NCBI GenBank assembly: GCA_000091205.1
Contig: AP006483.2
DNA length: 64,000 bases
Reading direction: 5' to 3' (one strand)
Source of the DNA: Cyanidioschyzon merolae
Taxonomy: Eukaryota
Shown piece after piece: positions 19,954 to 31,454 of this stretch. Within the stretch, counting starts at the first letter, position 1. Each line of letters opens with the position of its first letter. The notes beneath the pieces were generated by a model. The model did no database searches and was not told the origin of the DNA. It was given only the letters and a program-made list of their open reading frames with translations. The position numbers and the translations under genes were made by a program.

Positions 19954-21714
19954 TCACTGGCCTGCCTTCCGACGCTGGTGCCGCAGACCTGCACGGGCTC
20001 CCCAGAACTCCACTGCATCGTGGGTCGGAGGAGATAAATTCTCCTCCCATGAGGTGCGACCTGCATCTCTCGGGGACACGAGTGCCTCAAATGCATGAAG
20101 CCAGTCGGAAGTCTCTGCTCCTGTGAGGAATATGCAGTTGTTGGCACTAAAGCCCGCGTGGTCATGAAGCTCCCGTACTGTCAGCCTACCGAGCGGCACA
20201 ATCCAACGAATCATGTAGCCTCCTTTTCCGTGCCGTGATGTGTGCGGCTCCACTAGCATGAGCGCGTCGTCGAAGAGCACGAGGCGTCCCTCGCGTGCCT
20301 TCTTATGGCTCAGACGACCTCTCTGTATACCACCAAAATAAGCAACATTTTGCATACGGATGATTCGCCGTCCTGCAGCAATCACGCGTTGATCGCCACC
20401 GCACTCGAGACAAAGGGCGGCAAGCTTCCGGCTGTCATCTGCTAGCTCCTGCCTTTTGTTGGCCAGCTCGGCGATATCGCCAAGTCGGCGCGCTGCCTCA
20501 GTCAGTTCCTGCTCGCATGACCTGCCAGAGCCCTCACTCCTTATCTTGTGTAGCAGAAGGCTATAGCGAGTGAGACGCTGGACCGGTTTGATTAGGAAAG
20601 AACCGAGGCTTTCGCCGCGGCACAATTCCGAGCTTTCGCATCGATGAAGAAAATCTCGTATAACTGGAGCTTGGCGGAGCATTTTTTCCAGTCTTTCGCT
20701 GCGCTCAAAAAAGTCCGAACAGTACTGCGAATACAAGTGGAAGAGGAACGCTTTCGAGAGCAGGACGCGAGCGACACGATCCAGAGGGCAAGTCGCTGAT
20801 GCCTTGGGCTCTGGAGGCGTTCCAAAATTGTACATGGAGGTTTGCTGCCATTCGCGAAAGCAGTCAGAGAGCTCTTGGAGGAGATCCTCATGTACCTTTG
20901 CGAGCACTTGAGTGTTTGAAAACGAATCGATGAGCTGCCGCTCGTACTCGAGAGGCAAAAGCCCCACCTTGTATGCGTCACGAATTGGGTACAGAAAAGC
21001 TCGAAGGATCGTCTGGAGGTCCGCCACATAGAGGGCCTCAGTCGCCACGAGCTCGTAAACAGCGTGCACGTAGCGTTCATTGACTCCGCTGAGTGCTGCC
21101 TTGCTTCGGAGCATCTCGTGCACAAGGGTTCCGAGTATGATACTCCGCTGCTTCTTCTCCGCAAAGATCAGGTTTCCGGTGTCTGTCGAAGAGTCATGCA
21201 TGTTCATCGGCTGCAGCATCGCTAGAGGTGAGGCATCACGTAGCCCCACAAGACCACGTGGACGGTATCGAGGCTTCGAACTACACTGAGTTCCTGCACT
21301 CGCAGAACCGTCGCTATAGTACGTGATACAAAGCGTAGAGGTTCCATCCTGGAACCTCCAGAAACAGTGTCCTACGTCGAGCACTAGCTTCGGCAGCAGC
21401 GTCGATGGCGGATCATAGAAAGCCAAATAGACACCGACAAGATGTTGTTTATTCAAAGGGACATTCTGATCGGAAGACTCCAGCCACAGTGTCTCAATGA
21501 GCTCAACATGTGCGGGCGTCCAGACTGCGGCACACTCCGGCTGCAGCTTTGCGTTCGTTGGGGAGCTGCTGTTCGAATAATCAGCCTGCTTCCGCTGCTT
21601 GGAATGCTCTTGAACACCGACTTTTTCTGAATGGAATTCGTAGTTCGTCTGCTGAAAGCACGCAAGTACCCGAACTCGCTGCACCAAGCGCTGGGAAACA
21701 CCTCGCCATTCCAT
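19954..21714 (-). CDS. Rho guanine-nucleotide exchange factor, DH domain followed by a PH-like region.
   Basis: DH signature: ...ELVATEALYVADLQTILRAFLYPIRD...LYSQYCSDFFERSERLEKM...LGSFLIKPVQRLTRYSLLLHKIRSEG. It is followed by a basic/hydrophobic PH-like segment (RLSHKKAREGRLVLFDDALMLVEP). Confidence 0.75.
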   Translation of the reverse strand: MEWRGVSQRLVQRVRVLACFQQTNYEFHSEKVGVQEHSKQRKQADYSNSSSPTNAKLQPECAAVWTPAHVELIETLWLESSDQNVPLNKQHLVGVYLAFYDPPSTLLPKLVLDVGHCFWRFQDGTSTLCITYYSDGSASAGTQCSSKPRYRPRGLVGLRDASPLAMLQPMNMHDSSTDTGNLIFAEKKQRSIILGTLVHEMLRSKAALSGVNERYVHAVYELVATEALYVADLQTILRAFLYPIRDAYKVGLLPLEYERQLIDSFSNTQVLAKVHEDLLQELSDCFREWQQTSMYNFGTPPEPKASATCPLDRVARVLLSKAFLFHLYSQYCSDFFERSERLEKMLRQAPVIRDFLHRCESSELCRGESLGSFLIKPVQRLTRYSLLLHKIRSEGSGRSCEQELTEAARRLGDIAELANKRQELADDSRKLAALCLECGGDQRVIAAGRRIIRMQNVAYFGGIQRGRLSHKKAREGRLVLFDDALMLVEPHTSRHGKGGYMIRWIVPLGRLTVRELHDHAGFSANNCIFLTGAETSDWLHAFEALVSPRDAGRTSWEENLSPPTHDAVEFWGARAGLRHQRRKAGQ

Positions 21715-23179
21715 AGAATTTTAAAAGTGGAAGAGAAAAATCGTGTTCGCGCCAGCCTACTACGTGTGCGCAAATGCCTTCGCGTTCTGTTGTAGCCGGA
21801 GCGAAGGCGCATGCGGTATCTATTCGCCTTGTGTTCCTAGTCTGCGTCGTGCTCTATTTTGACGGACGATTTGACAAACCTGTGACGCTAGACGGACGCT
21901 CCGAGACAGTCACGACCAAAGCTGAAGCTCAACTTCTTGCTCGTGCGGGTTTGTTGCAAGAAGCGCGCGCTGCAGTGTCGGCTCGGGCGGACACGTTTTT
22001 CCATGGCCAGCAGAGACGCACAGGAACCAAGTCTGCATGCTGCAGACCCAAGTATTGTGCGCCCCTGCGAGCAACACGGCGGAGTGTTAGCCGGCAGTGT
22101 GAGCAGTCACCCGGCTGCTGCGGAGTGCGCGTCGCACACACCAACCCTGGAAACAGGGGCACCTTGTGCTGCCGGAAGCGCACCAAGTGCTCCTATGACC
22201 GACCAGGGCGCTCGGTCCCCTCGTGCTGCCGACAGTATGCCAGCTTCGTCTCTGGAACGCGACGAGCGTGCAAGGCGCATCGCATGTCGCTTGCCGTCGT
22301 CAGCGATACGCCTGCCGGCCTTTGGCGAAGCCGTTTCCCGTCCAAACGCGGGATCCAGCGTCGACGCAACCGCGACCAAAGCAAGCCTACCGTCCGCCGG
22401 CGACGATGGGCTGGGGAACTCCAGAGAAGAACAGGGCACCACTTGTTCTGAACCTGACCTGCACGGAGTGCCGGAAAACGACCAGGTTGAGGTGTGCGTA
22501 GGTGGCAGAGGCATCCTGCGACCTCGTAGTTATCAGAGACAAGCACCTCAGCGCTGCGGACTTCCGGGAATGGCACCTGAAACTGCCGCGCGGCCGGATC
22601 ATACCGCCCGAAATGAGCTTGAGGAGGCGCTCGCTCGCCAAAGAGCCCGACTCGCCGAGCCCGACGCTTCAGGGGATATCCATGGAAGGCACGCAGGGTA
22701 GCGAATGGGAGTAAGCTCGCGAGCTCGCCCTGCAGGGGATGCTGTCGTTCGCTCGCAAACACCAGTGGGCAGGCACTGGCGCAGACATCTGTATGTCGAG
22801 ACTTGATGCGTAGGTGCTGTTCACCATACGCTGCGGTCTCATAGACGAGCAGCTCCGATGTTGCAGCATGTGCTTCTCGCATCGCTGCTGCAAACCAGCG
22901 ACCCGATCCGCAAGAGCCGTGGACGTGAGCCCGGATTCACGAATACAGCATCTGCACCACGGGCAGCGATCGCTCAAAAATACAAACACACACACAAGTG
23001 TAAGTTTAGGGTTGCGTGGCGGATTCCCGCCTTGTCCGTCGATCGAATGCAGCGGGCCGGAGACTGTACATCGCTGCTACTGATGCCCGCGTTTGCACAT
23101 GGACCTCGGGTTTGCCGCATCGCCATCGTCACTCGTACGGAATCACAGCTCTAGCAGATGTGCATAACGTGCCATCGAA

Positions 23180-23184
<5 letters not shown>

Positions 23185-23215
<31 letters not shown>

Positions 23216-23216
23216 A
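23185..23216. repeat. (CTG)10 microsatellite.
   Basis: Direct reading: ctgctgctgctgctgctgctgctgctgctg. (CAG)5 lies at ~23296-23316 and (GCT)6-7 at ~44377-44398. Confidence 0.9.
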
Positions 23217-23408
23217 CCCGAGCACCATTCTGAATGATGTCTATCAAGGCGCGCGTACATGAAGCTTCCGCAGCATCATCCCCAACGCGCTTCGTGTTCG
23301 AGCAGCAGCAGCAGCAGTGTGTGGATGCGGCTATACCGGTGCAGATGCATTCTATAACGCTCGGACGCGGTGACCTCGCACCGCTCTGAAAGTTACGCGG
23401 GAAATCGT

Positions 23409-23440
23409 GAACACGCACACGCACACGCACACGCACAATT
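23409..23440. repeat. (ACGCAC)5 hexanucleotide microsatellite.
   Basis: Direct reading: cacgcacacgcacacgcacacgcaca. Confidence 0.85.
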
Positions 23441-23585
23441 GATGCGTGCACTGCATTAGCCGCTGATGGCTGCATGCAAATGCGCTAGGGCCCTCGCGAA
23501 ACGGCTCGCAAAGGGGAATGCATTGTTATAGGAAGCACCATGATGCGTGACAGGTAAAGAGGTGGCGTTCATCGTGCTGAACATT

Positions 23586-26500
23586 TCATTCCGGTGCCGA
23601 AGGCAGCTGCAAATCTACGCTCTCACCGTCCAGACACTGTAGGCTTAGACTGGAGGCGCTATCCGTTGAGGAAGACGAGACAAAACTAGATGCAGCAGTG
23701 GATGCATAACGCAACGCATCGCTGCTGAAAGCTGCGTAAACCCGCGCACTGCCCGCAAACAAGCTGACGATTGGCCTGAAGGTGTCGGATTCAGTGGTTC
23801 TATCACCTGACGGACACAACCACTCGCCGTTGTTAAACACGCTTTCGGTAAGTTCGGACGGCAGCGGCACCACCTCGATGCCATTCACGAAGAATCGCAC
23901 CCCCCGTTTCGAATGCGTTCGCAGGACCCCAATGACTGATTCGGCTTTCGCCAGTACGGATTCCACACTGGAGGCAGGCGCACCAAGAAAGACGACTCGG
24001 TGCCATTCAGGAAGTTTTCGCTCGGCGTTCCATCGTACGACATAGCCTTTTGTGTGGAAACCAATGCTGCCGGGTTGCCCTCCGAGAAGCGCGTTCGTCA
24101 AAGGGCCTTCTGCTTCCGGAGCGATACCGACACATGCTGCAGCTACCTCTGTTCGCTTGGCGGGTGCTCGGCTCGACCCTGACACATTGCGCCTTCGTCC
24201 TTGGACCTTAGAATCAACGATGGAACGAACGGGCTGAGGACCAGTATCAGCGTCCGCGAGTGGCGCAAATAACACCTCGAAATAGGACCCTGGCGGAACC
24301 GGCAGCAGTCCTCGCACGCTGCGATACATGCCACTGTGCTGTGGGCGAAGACTCGCGCACTGGTTTCCTGCCGATAGAACAATATCCGCAGCACAGGATT
24401 GTGGATCGAAGCCGTAACTGGGCGAGCTAAACTCTGCTCGCAAGGCGTACTGGAGCTCAAGTGGAACCCGTTTCGGCCGCATAATCGCGTCAACTGACGA
24501 CGTTCGTGCAAGGAGTCCGGGTTTGGGGACCGCCTCAGTCCGCGGTTGCGTGCTATCCCCAACTCGGCATGGCGCCGCCGCCACTCGTTCCGGTGCTTCT
24601 CGCGATCCGCTCCTGTTGTCTGTACCGGCGATTTGCACGTCTGACTCGCTCATCAATAGCTGCGCATGCTGCATGCGTATTTCATTGAGGGAACTCACAC
24701 GCGACATTGCACCCTCGGGGATAACGTCGCCACCGTCCCGCCCGACGGCGTTACGACGTGGCGGTCGCTGACGCGGTTCCCAGGGGCTGGACTCTGCATC
24801 CGATGCTGGGGTTTCCACTGGGATCTCGAGTTCGGCAGCGCCCTCAGACGACGTATTGTGCTCAAGAGGCAAACTACGTGCTTTTGCAACCCATGAAGAG
24901 TCTTCCCCATGACCGCTCTGGTGCTTCGTCTGCCATGACTGCACGCCGTTTGATTCACTTTCTGCTGCTGCAACTGTTACAAGATGCATGACGCGCATCG
25001 TGCGGTCATGAGACACAGCTTTTGGTGACAAACGCCCCGAAAGAATCTGGCTGGGATCGAGGCCAGACGCGTCCCCCTTACCAGCTGTCTCGCCTGTTGG
25101 GAAGACGCCTTCCACGCCGTCTCTTGTTGGCATTTGTGCGTGATCCCCATTGACAACTTGTGCCGTTGAGATATGCTCAGGGTCTCTATCCTCTTGCTGA
25201 CGTTGTTCCTCGAATTTGAGAACATGCTCCAGGGGAAAAAGCTCCGTCGCCGCGCTAAGAAGGTCTCGCGCGTCGGGAACTACAGTTGCTTCGAACGGCG
25301 CATCATTGATGTCATGGTGCATGAAAGTCTTGGACGGTACTGGAGTTTCACTATCGAGATTCACTGCAGCGCTTGGGTCACAGCCGCTCTGCATTTTGCT
25401 GTCAGCTGCAGTCAACGACGCCCGGTCGCCTGCATCATGGGATGAGACTGGCAGTGCCTCGTCAACGGTTCCGTCGCCCATTCGCTGTGCTGTGTTCTGC
25501 GAAGCCGCCGTACCTTGAACATCATCTGCCCGTCCTAGGCGAGCGTCTCCGCAATCGAGGCGGCCCTGAGCCTGCTCTCGTTGAATCCCTACCAGGCTAG
25601 CTAGCGATCGAGGGCGAAGTTCTGCGACTGCGCGCGACCCCTTTCCAGCTCTTCGTTTTTCTTTGTATTCCAGGGCCACCCCGGTGTGACCTTTAAGTGC
25701 AATGCGCTGGGTGTTAGCGGATGCACTGTCTCTGGATATATTTCTCTCGTCGCCAGCATTGAGGGGCTGGATTGATAGCAAAGAGCGGTTGCCCGCTGGG
25801 CCGGGGAGGTCAGCATGACTGCCGTCAGCCCCGCCGCCGCTATCGGATACTCTCGAATTAATCTTGTTATAAATGCGCGCACAGAAACAACTCTGATCGC
25901 CGCAGAGCTCGACATTGACGATGAGGATATTGTTCACGATCCCGCGCTCATCTACGATGGTCGGCTGATCAGGAGAATGCCGCCAGACGTTGTCCACGAT
26001 GAACTTGTACTGGTGCACCCCAGGAGCCAGCGGCTCCGTGTGCGTCCAAAGGCGTGGATCCTCCGTATCCCGCTGCAGTTGGCGAACTTCACGCCATTTC
26101 AAAAAAGATCCCGTAACAAGCACAGTGTTCGGGGCCGCGCTTGTGTTATGGACCCAGACGAACGTCACGTCAGTCACGAGGTAGTCGATTGCCTCCTGGG
26201 GCAGGTCAGCTTCGAACGATGCCGATATCTCTGAAACCCTTCCATACGCGCCCAGCGCTGATTGACCTGGACTTGAAGTTCCAGCATTAAAGATGTTTCC
26301 TAGTGGCACGCCGGCAGGAATCGGAGTCACGTTCCGTCGCGAGCCGAGCGCTCGACTGGGCTCTACTCCGAACTCACGCGCTCTGCCAGAGCCCGTGTGT
26401 CGCCTCGCTGTCCACGCCTCAACTTCGCGGCGCACGCGTGCATGCGATACTGACCACAGACCTGGAGTCGAGGGAGTACCCGTTGACGCAGCCGAGGAAG

Positions 26501-26591
26501 AGTGTGAATGTGGCGTGCGTGGCGCCTTCGAAGCTGAGGAGCGAAACTCCATGTGGTGAGCCCGTGACAACGACGCCAGCACCAGCTGCAC
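23586..26591 (-). CDS. 1001-aa protein with an N-terminal AMPK-beta-type glycogen-binding domain (CBM48/AMPK1_CBM) and a long low-complexity tail.
   Basis: VTFVWVHNTSAAPNTVLVTGSFLKWREVRQLQRD...VHQYKFIVDNVWRHSPDQPTIVDERGIVNNILIV matches the AMPK beta GBD consensus (YKFFVDGQW...DP...G..NN.I.V). Confidence 0.6.
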   Translation of the reverse strand: MQLVLASLSRAHHMEFRSSASKAPRTPHSHSSSAASTGTPSTPGLWSVSHARVRREVEAWTARRHTGSGRAREFGVEPSRALGSRRNVTPIPAGVPLGNIFNAGTSSPGQSALGAYGRVSEISASFEADLPQEAIDYLVTDVTFVWVHNTSAAPNTVLVTGSFLKWREVRQLQRDTEDPRLWTHTEPLAPGVHQYKFIVDNVWRHSPDQPTIVDERGIVNNILIVNVELCGDQSCFCARIYNKINSRVSDSGGGADGSHADLPGPAGNRSLLSIQPLNAGDERNISRDSASANTQRIALKGHTGVALEYKEKRRAGKGSRAVAELRPRSLASLVGIQREQAQGRLDCGDARLGRADDVQGTAASQNTAQRMGDGTVDEALPVSSHDAGDRASLTAADSKMQSGCDPSAAVNLDSETPVPSKTFMHHDINDAPFEATVVPDARDLLSAATELFPLEHVLKFEEQRQQEDRDPEHISTAQVVNGDHAQMPTRDGVEGVFPTGETAGKGDASGLDPSQILSGRLSPKAVSHDRTMRVMHLVTVAAAESESNGVQSWQTKHQSGHGEDSSWVAKARSLPLEHNTSSEGAAELEIPVETPASDAESSPWEPRQRPPRRNAVGRDGGDVIPEGAMSRVSSLNEIRMQHAQLLMSESDVQIAGTDNRSGSREAPERVAAAPCRVGDSTQPRTEAVPKPGLLARTSSVDAIMRPKRVPLELQYALRAEFSSPSYGFDPQSCAADIVLSAGNQCASLRPQHSGMYRSVRGLLPVPPGSYFEVLFAPLADADTGPQPVRSIVDSKVQGRRRNVSGSSRAPAKRTEVAAACVGIAPEAEGPLTNALLGGQPGSIGFHTKGYVVRWNAERKLPEWHRVVFLGAPASSVESVLAKAESVIGVLRTHSKRGVRFFVNGIEVVPLPSELTESVFNNGEWLCPSGDRTTESDTFRPIVSLFAGSARVYAAFSSDALRYASTAASSFVSSSSTDSASSLSLQCLDGESVDLQLPSAPE

Positions 26592-27126
26592 CCCCTACTA
26601 CCAAACCTGACACTTCGTCTCAGCAGCCACGACCTACTGCAGGCACTCAGCGAATAACGTTGTCTGTACTCGAAACAACGACAGGCTTCCTCGTCTTTAC
26701 AGAGAAACGCTCGCAGTCTTTACCGAGATGCGAACGCGTGTCAAAGCGTTGCAGACCAGGAATGTCACGTCAAAGTGGACGCCTCCCGGATCCTGACGAA
26801 ACTGTACTTTATGGTTTATAAAGGCCAACGGTGGAGAGCGGCCCTGCGGGCCCTCGACGTGCCCGCTCGGCGCATGATGTGCGTGACTGATTTCCGCGCT
26901 GGGTTACGCTCGCACTGGAAGCCGGTCATGTTGGTGTTCTATTTGCAGTTCCCAAGTGACAGCTCGAAAGCTCAGGCCCGGTGAAGTCACAGGCAGCAGA
27001 GCCAATTCGTGGGGATTTAAGGAACTACATTCTAGGTGCATGTGTGTCATAATGAAATAAAACGTGACAATTACTTAACTCGGGTGTGAGCACGAAATTT
27101 CGGAGTCCTTCCCGTAACCATGATCA

Positions 27127-27495
27127 CATGCCTTTGCGGGTTTTTTTCTTAAACAGCTTCCTTAGCTTTTCTTCTATCCGGATTTCAATACATTGGTCGA
27201 TAAACTCTCTCCAGCTCCGTTGTCATCAGTTGAAGGATGTTGATGGCAGTGCACAAGTTGCGATTTCGGCGATGACATGTGGCATCAACGCAGCTCATGC
27301 ACAGGCGGAATTTGCGATTGACGCTTCGCTAACCATTTCCATCTCCTTCGTAAATAGAGACTGTGTGTCCTTTGCAGAAGTGATGCTTGGCGGCGGTCAG
27401 GCGTTCGCAAACATCCACGACACTTCCTCCTCTGAGCGCAGGCCTGTGACACGTCAGGGCTTGCTTCATCATTCGGTACACGCCATTGTTGGTTA
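27127..27495 (+). CDS. P-family small ORF, copy P1 (~122 aa from ATG). Hydrophobic N-terminus, Cys-containing.
   Basis: MPLRVFFLNSFLSFSSIRISIHWSINSLQLRCHQLKDVDGSAQV...AQAEFAIDASLTISISFVNRDCVSF...HDTSSSE aligns position-for-position with P2 and P3. Confidence 0.3.
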
Positions 27496-29626
27496 GAGAG
27501 GGTTCTCGTCGACGCTTTCCTCCGTTCTCGCGCCCAGTATGTACCCTACGTTCAGAGGCGACTCCGCAGGCGACTACATTGTCCGCTGGACACTGAATCG
27601 CATGCTGTTCTATTCAGTGCACCATCGTCCGCGTCCTAGCACACTCGTCGTTTTCTGCGCACCCTTACCAAAAAATACCTCCGTTAGTGTGACCGGCATC
27701 AAGGCACCTTTCAAACTCGTGAGCATTTTTTGTAGCATGTTTCACTCAATGGCAAGAGTGCGTACAGGACTTTTGGGACGCTCTTGTCTTGCGTTCGCAT
27801 GCTCGTCATACAATTCTTTCAAATGTCTCCTTTCGATGGGATGAAGATGACGAGCGTGCGAGAGCAGCATACGAGTGCAGCTGGAAGCCGCAGGGTCCGA
27901 GACTCGTTCTCCACAGCGCCGTCGGCTGCCACAGGGTGGTCGGACTTTACTTCGGATCTCACTGAAGCAAACGGGTACACGTTCACTCTCGCTGGGTCCA
28001 GGCAGATGCAGATCGCACGGGGAAGCAAGTTCGCGAGAGCGTGGATCTGTTTTGATCCTCGTTCATCTTCGTATTTCCCCTTCCGAGCAGATTTGCGTTT
28101 GAGCTCTGAGATCGTCGTGAATCGTGTACGACGTTCGTGGTTGACGACGGTGAATACTGTCGTGCCATCGATGCCGATGGAGAAGAGTATGCCTCGCCTC
28201 CGTCGTGTGAACATCTCCTTCCTTCTTTTTTTTCCTTCTCATTCGCATATTTGTTTGTGTTGCACCGCTTTTCGTTCCTCTCGCGGTGCATGAACGCCTC
28301 CGAATCTCCAGGCGAAAGGAGCATATTTCCCTTCATGAACCTCATGGACAGAATCGGTCCAAATCGTTCTCGATGGATTTCGTTCTGTCCATCGTACGTT
28401 TCTGGGCGGCCTTGTTCGTGGGCATCCTCCATACCGAAACAAAAAAGGCGTGAATCGAAGCGCAGGTGCGAACGATAGATACATGCGTTCGGAAAAGGAG
28501 ATAATCTCATCCGATCTGGCACAATGAGACTGCACTAAAGATGCAGAAGCAGCATCGCGTCCGGAGGCCGGTTCCTAGCAGGCTGCAGAACCAACCTCTT
28601 CTTGTCGTCTCCGACCTCAATAAATATTCGACGTTCGCGCATCAAGCTCTCTATTCTCCGTGTCGATGGATGTCTGTGAAGAACCGGTCATGAAGAGATC
28701 TTTCGAGTTACCAAGGCTGGTGATCGAGTGGTCGAACTTTCGCCTCCACGTCATCGAGTCGTTCATGCATCGGTGAAGATGAACGCTCACATGGCTCAGC
28801 GTCGCCACTATTTTTTTTGACCACGCACTTTTTTGTGAAATCAAAGCCGGTTTGACTCACCAAGCGAGTAAGGGCCTCGACGACCGCAAGATCGCTCCGC
28901 TAGGGAATCGAGTACGCCTGGCGTCGATGAAAGCACTGAAACCAGGAACTGTAACCGGTAAATGCTCGAGAACACTGGGGACACGACAGGCCGCCTATGT
29001 CAACAGCGCCTGTATGAAGATCCCCTCTTTCGGACTGTAGTCGACGCGTTCGAAGCACGCGTTCTGTTTCGTGAGGTGAGCGCGTTGCTGGAGTGTAGAG
29101 AAAAGAACTGCGAATTCACCTACGCGGGCGCGATGTCTCGGCTATTGAAAGTACGTTCCGATGTATCCCATTTGCGGCTGCTCTGTTATAGATCAGCGAT
29201 GAGCGCAGCTTCTCGTCCGGAAGCATACCAAATTGATGAGCTTCGTCCAGGAAAGCACAACGTCGGAGATTAACGGCATTCTCGGGGAGCAGTACACGCC
29301 TCTATTCGTGGTACCAGGATTTGTATGTTGCTCTTATGCTGTTGAATTTCCTGCCAGACCGGGTGGGCAGGGGATGTTTGCCTCTTTAAGTAAACATGCT
29401 ACATATATTCATTCTTTCTGCCTTGTTCATATCTCCTCCTCATGGCTCTTTTGCAATCCACCTTCGGCAAAAGGAAACGAATTGCGCAAATTAAGCGCTG
29501 ACGAGTTATCAACAGATGTATTTGATGTACTGAATCATTCCTTCACGTGTCCGGAGCCATTATCGATCGGGTTGAAACGCGGGAAATGTGCTGGAATGCA
29601 CAAAACGAGTCATCCTCTATACTCTG

Positions 29627-30442
29627 CTCGTTTCGGAGCAGAAGCGGTTCATGGCACGGCATAGTGTCCCTGATGAAGCAAGGACCAGTAGAAAAATCCA
29701 TGCTAGAGAAATACGCCGAGGAACTGCGATCCGTCTACGCTCCCATCGTGCACACCTCCGGTGATGAACGCTCAGATCCAGGCGATCGCTGCAATGACTC
29801 GACGCCGTGTCCGGTACCTGTTGTCATGCAAGCGGAAGAGACGAGAGCGTCTGGGACCACATTCCTGTCAGAGATAAAATGCTGCAGCCGATTTTTGTTT
29901 CGACGATGCGAACCAAGGGTCGATGATGCGCCACTCAAACGAAATCCATTACCTGATGTGAAACGTTCAGCCAAGCTCCCGCGTGAGGTCTTGAGAGAGT
30001 CGTCAGCGTACGAGGTTGAGTTTTTTCCATCGTCAATGTACCGCCGCGAATTGCTGCGCGTTCCCAAGCTACACTGGCATGGAACGATCGAGAGCTTGAA
30101 GCATGCGTGACAAGCGCATGCTACACGTAAGGAAAGCAGGGGGATGGAGGCTTCCATGAATGAATTTTGACACTGGTATCGGCTATTTTACGAACGCGTG
30201 TTCCAGGGCGCCGCGGAACATCTCGATTCGCATGACTTATCGATTACCAGCCGCATAGCGTCGAAGAATCCACCTCGACAAGACGACAGGGAACCCTAAA
30301 ACTGCCTATGAATCCGTGCGCCGTTTCTGCTGCATTTCGAATGTGGATGCTGTATATCTGGAAAAGCTCGGGAAACAAAGTGCAAGGCAGGAGCCAGGCG
30401 CACATCAACGTCCCATTTTAACCTGACATCGGTGCAGATTGC
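29627..30442 (+). repeat. Direct repeat, copy 1 (816 bp), immediately 3' of RPS2.
   Basis: ~99 % identical to 32350-33162, at a constant offset of ~2720-2723 bp. It carries identical ORFs on both strands (29547-30110 + / 29735-30157 -, versus 32387-32833 + / 32458-32880 -). Confidence 0.9.
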
Positions 30443-30626
30443 CACGCGAGGAGCTTAGGATACGCGCTCACAACACAGCAGCAAGCATCATCTGTGGATC
30501 TGTGTTGCTTGTATCCCACGCAAATGCGACCAGGTTGAGTTACGCAGACCGAGCCAAATCGCTCTGTGTACAGAAAAGAACGAAATCCTGGCAAAAGGAT
30601 TCATGAACGAGGACATACTTCGTCGT

Positions 30627-31454
30627 TTATGTCGTAGACTTCTCTAGTTTGGAGAGGTATACCGAGAATTGTTCCTGTGGAGGCGGCATCAATTTCGTCT
30701 CTTTCCATAGATCGGGGGTGAGGAAGCTGTATGTCTTTTTCAGTGCATCGTAAGTCGCTTTGGCGAAATTCCCCAGAGTTTTCGAGTGGCCAGTGCACTG
30801 CGTATACACGTCCTGCAAACCTGCAAACTGAAGTATCTTCTTCGGTACCTGCGCTGCCACTATACCGGTACCACGTGGAGCCGGCACTAATCGCAGCGTT
30901 ACTGAGCCGGCTTTCCCACTAACCTTACACGGCACAGTGTGCGGTAGACCGAGCTTGCTGCCCCAGAAGCCGCGTCGCACGGGAACGACTGCAAGCTTCG
31001 CAGCAAGCATAGCTCCGCGAATTGCAGTCGCAACCTCCTTCGCGCTCTTGACTCCGAGACCGACGTGCCCGTTTCCGTCACCAACAACAACAATAGCCTT
31101 AAAGCGCGTTCGCTGACCCGCCTGCGTCTGTTTCTGAATAGGCATGATCTTCAATACCTCATCCTGGAGACGAGGTCCGAGAAAATAGTCGATAATTCCT
31201 GGCTCCTTAATCGGAAGCGAGAACAGGTAAATGTGCTCAAGCGATGGTATTTTGCCGTCTTTCACGAGCCGTCCCAGCTTAGTGGTCGGGATCCACTCCT
31301 CGTGCGCTGCTGTGCCGTCGCGACCGGCTGCTCGAGCCCCACCACGGCCGCCTCTGCCTCCACGCCCACCCCTACCACCTCGTCCACCTCGGGCACTGCG
31401 ACCACCACCACGGCTCTCACCAAAACCGCCAGGGAACCCTCCACGTTCAGCCAT
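30627..31454 (-). CDS. RPS2: 40S ribosomal protein S2 (uS5), intronless, with an N-terminal RGG/RGGRGG repeat tract.
   Basis: [30 protein letters not shown]...[42 protein letters not shown]...[64 protein letters not shown]...[34 protein letters not shown]...[25 protein letters not shown] is collinear with eukaryotic RPS2 over its full length. Confidence 0.95.
   Translation of the reverse strand: MAERGGFPGGFGESRGGGRSARGGRGGRGGRGGRGGRGGARAAGRDGTAAHEEWIPTTKLGRLVKDGKIPSLEHIYLFSLPIKEPGIIDYFLGPRLQDEVLKIMPIQKQTQAGQRTRFKAIVVVGDGNGHVGLGVKSAKEVATAIRGAMLAAKLAVVPVRRGFWGSKLGLPHTVPCKVSGKAGSVTLRLVPAPRGTGIVAAQVPKKILQFAGLQDVYTQCTGHSKTLGNFAKATYDALKKTYSFLTPDLWKETKLMPPPQEQFSVYLSKLEKSTT

Noticed and set aside
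21774-22882. Long overlapping ORFs on both strands (225, 254, 229 and 135 aa) considered as genes
   Set aside because: The block is very GC-rich and low-complexity, with frames open on both strands at once and no recognisable motif. Most likely stop-codon depletion from GC bias. They are left uncalled.
29547-30157. Conserved 148-187-aa (+) and 140-aa (-) ORFs inside the direct repeats considered as protein-coding genes
   Set aside because: Identity between the copies reflects a recent duplication, not purifying selection. No recognisable domain on either strand. Left as part of the repeat only.
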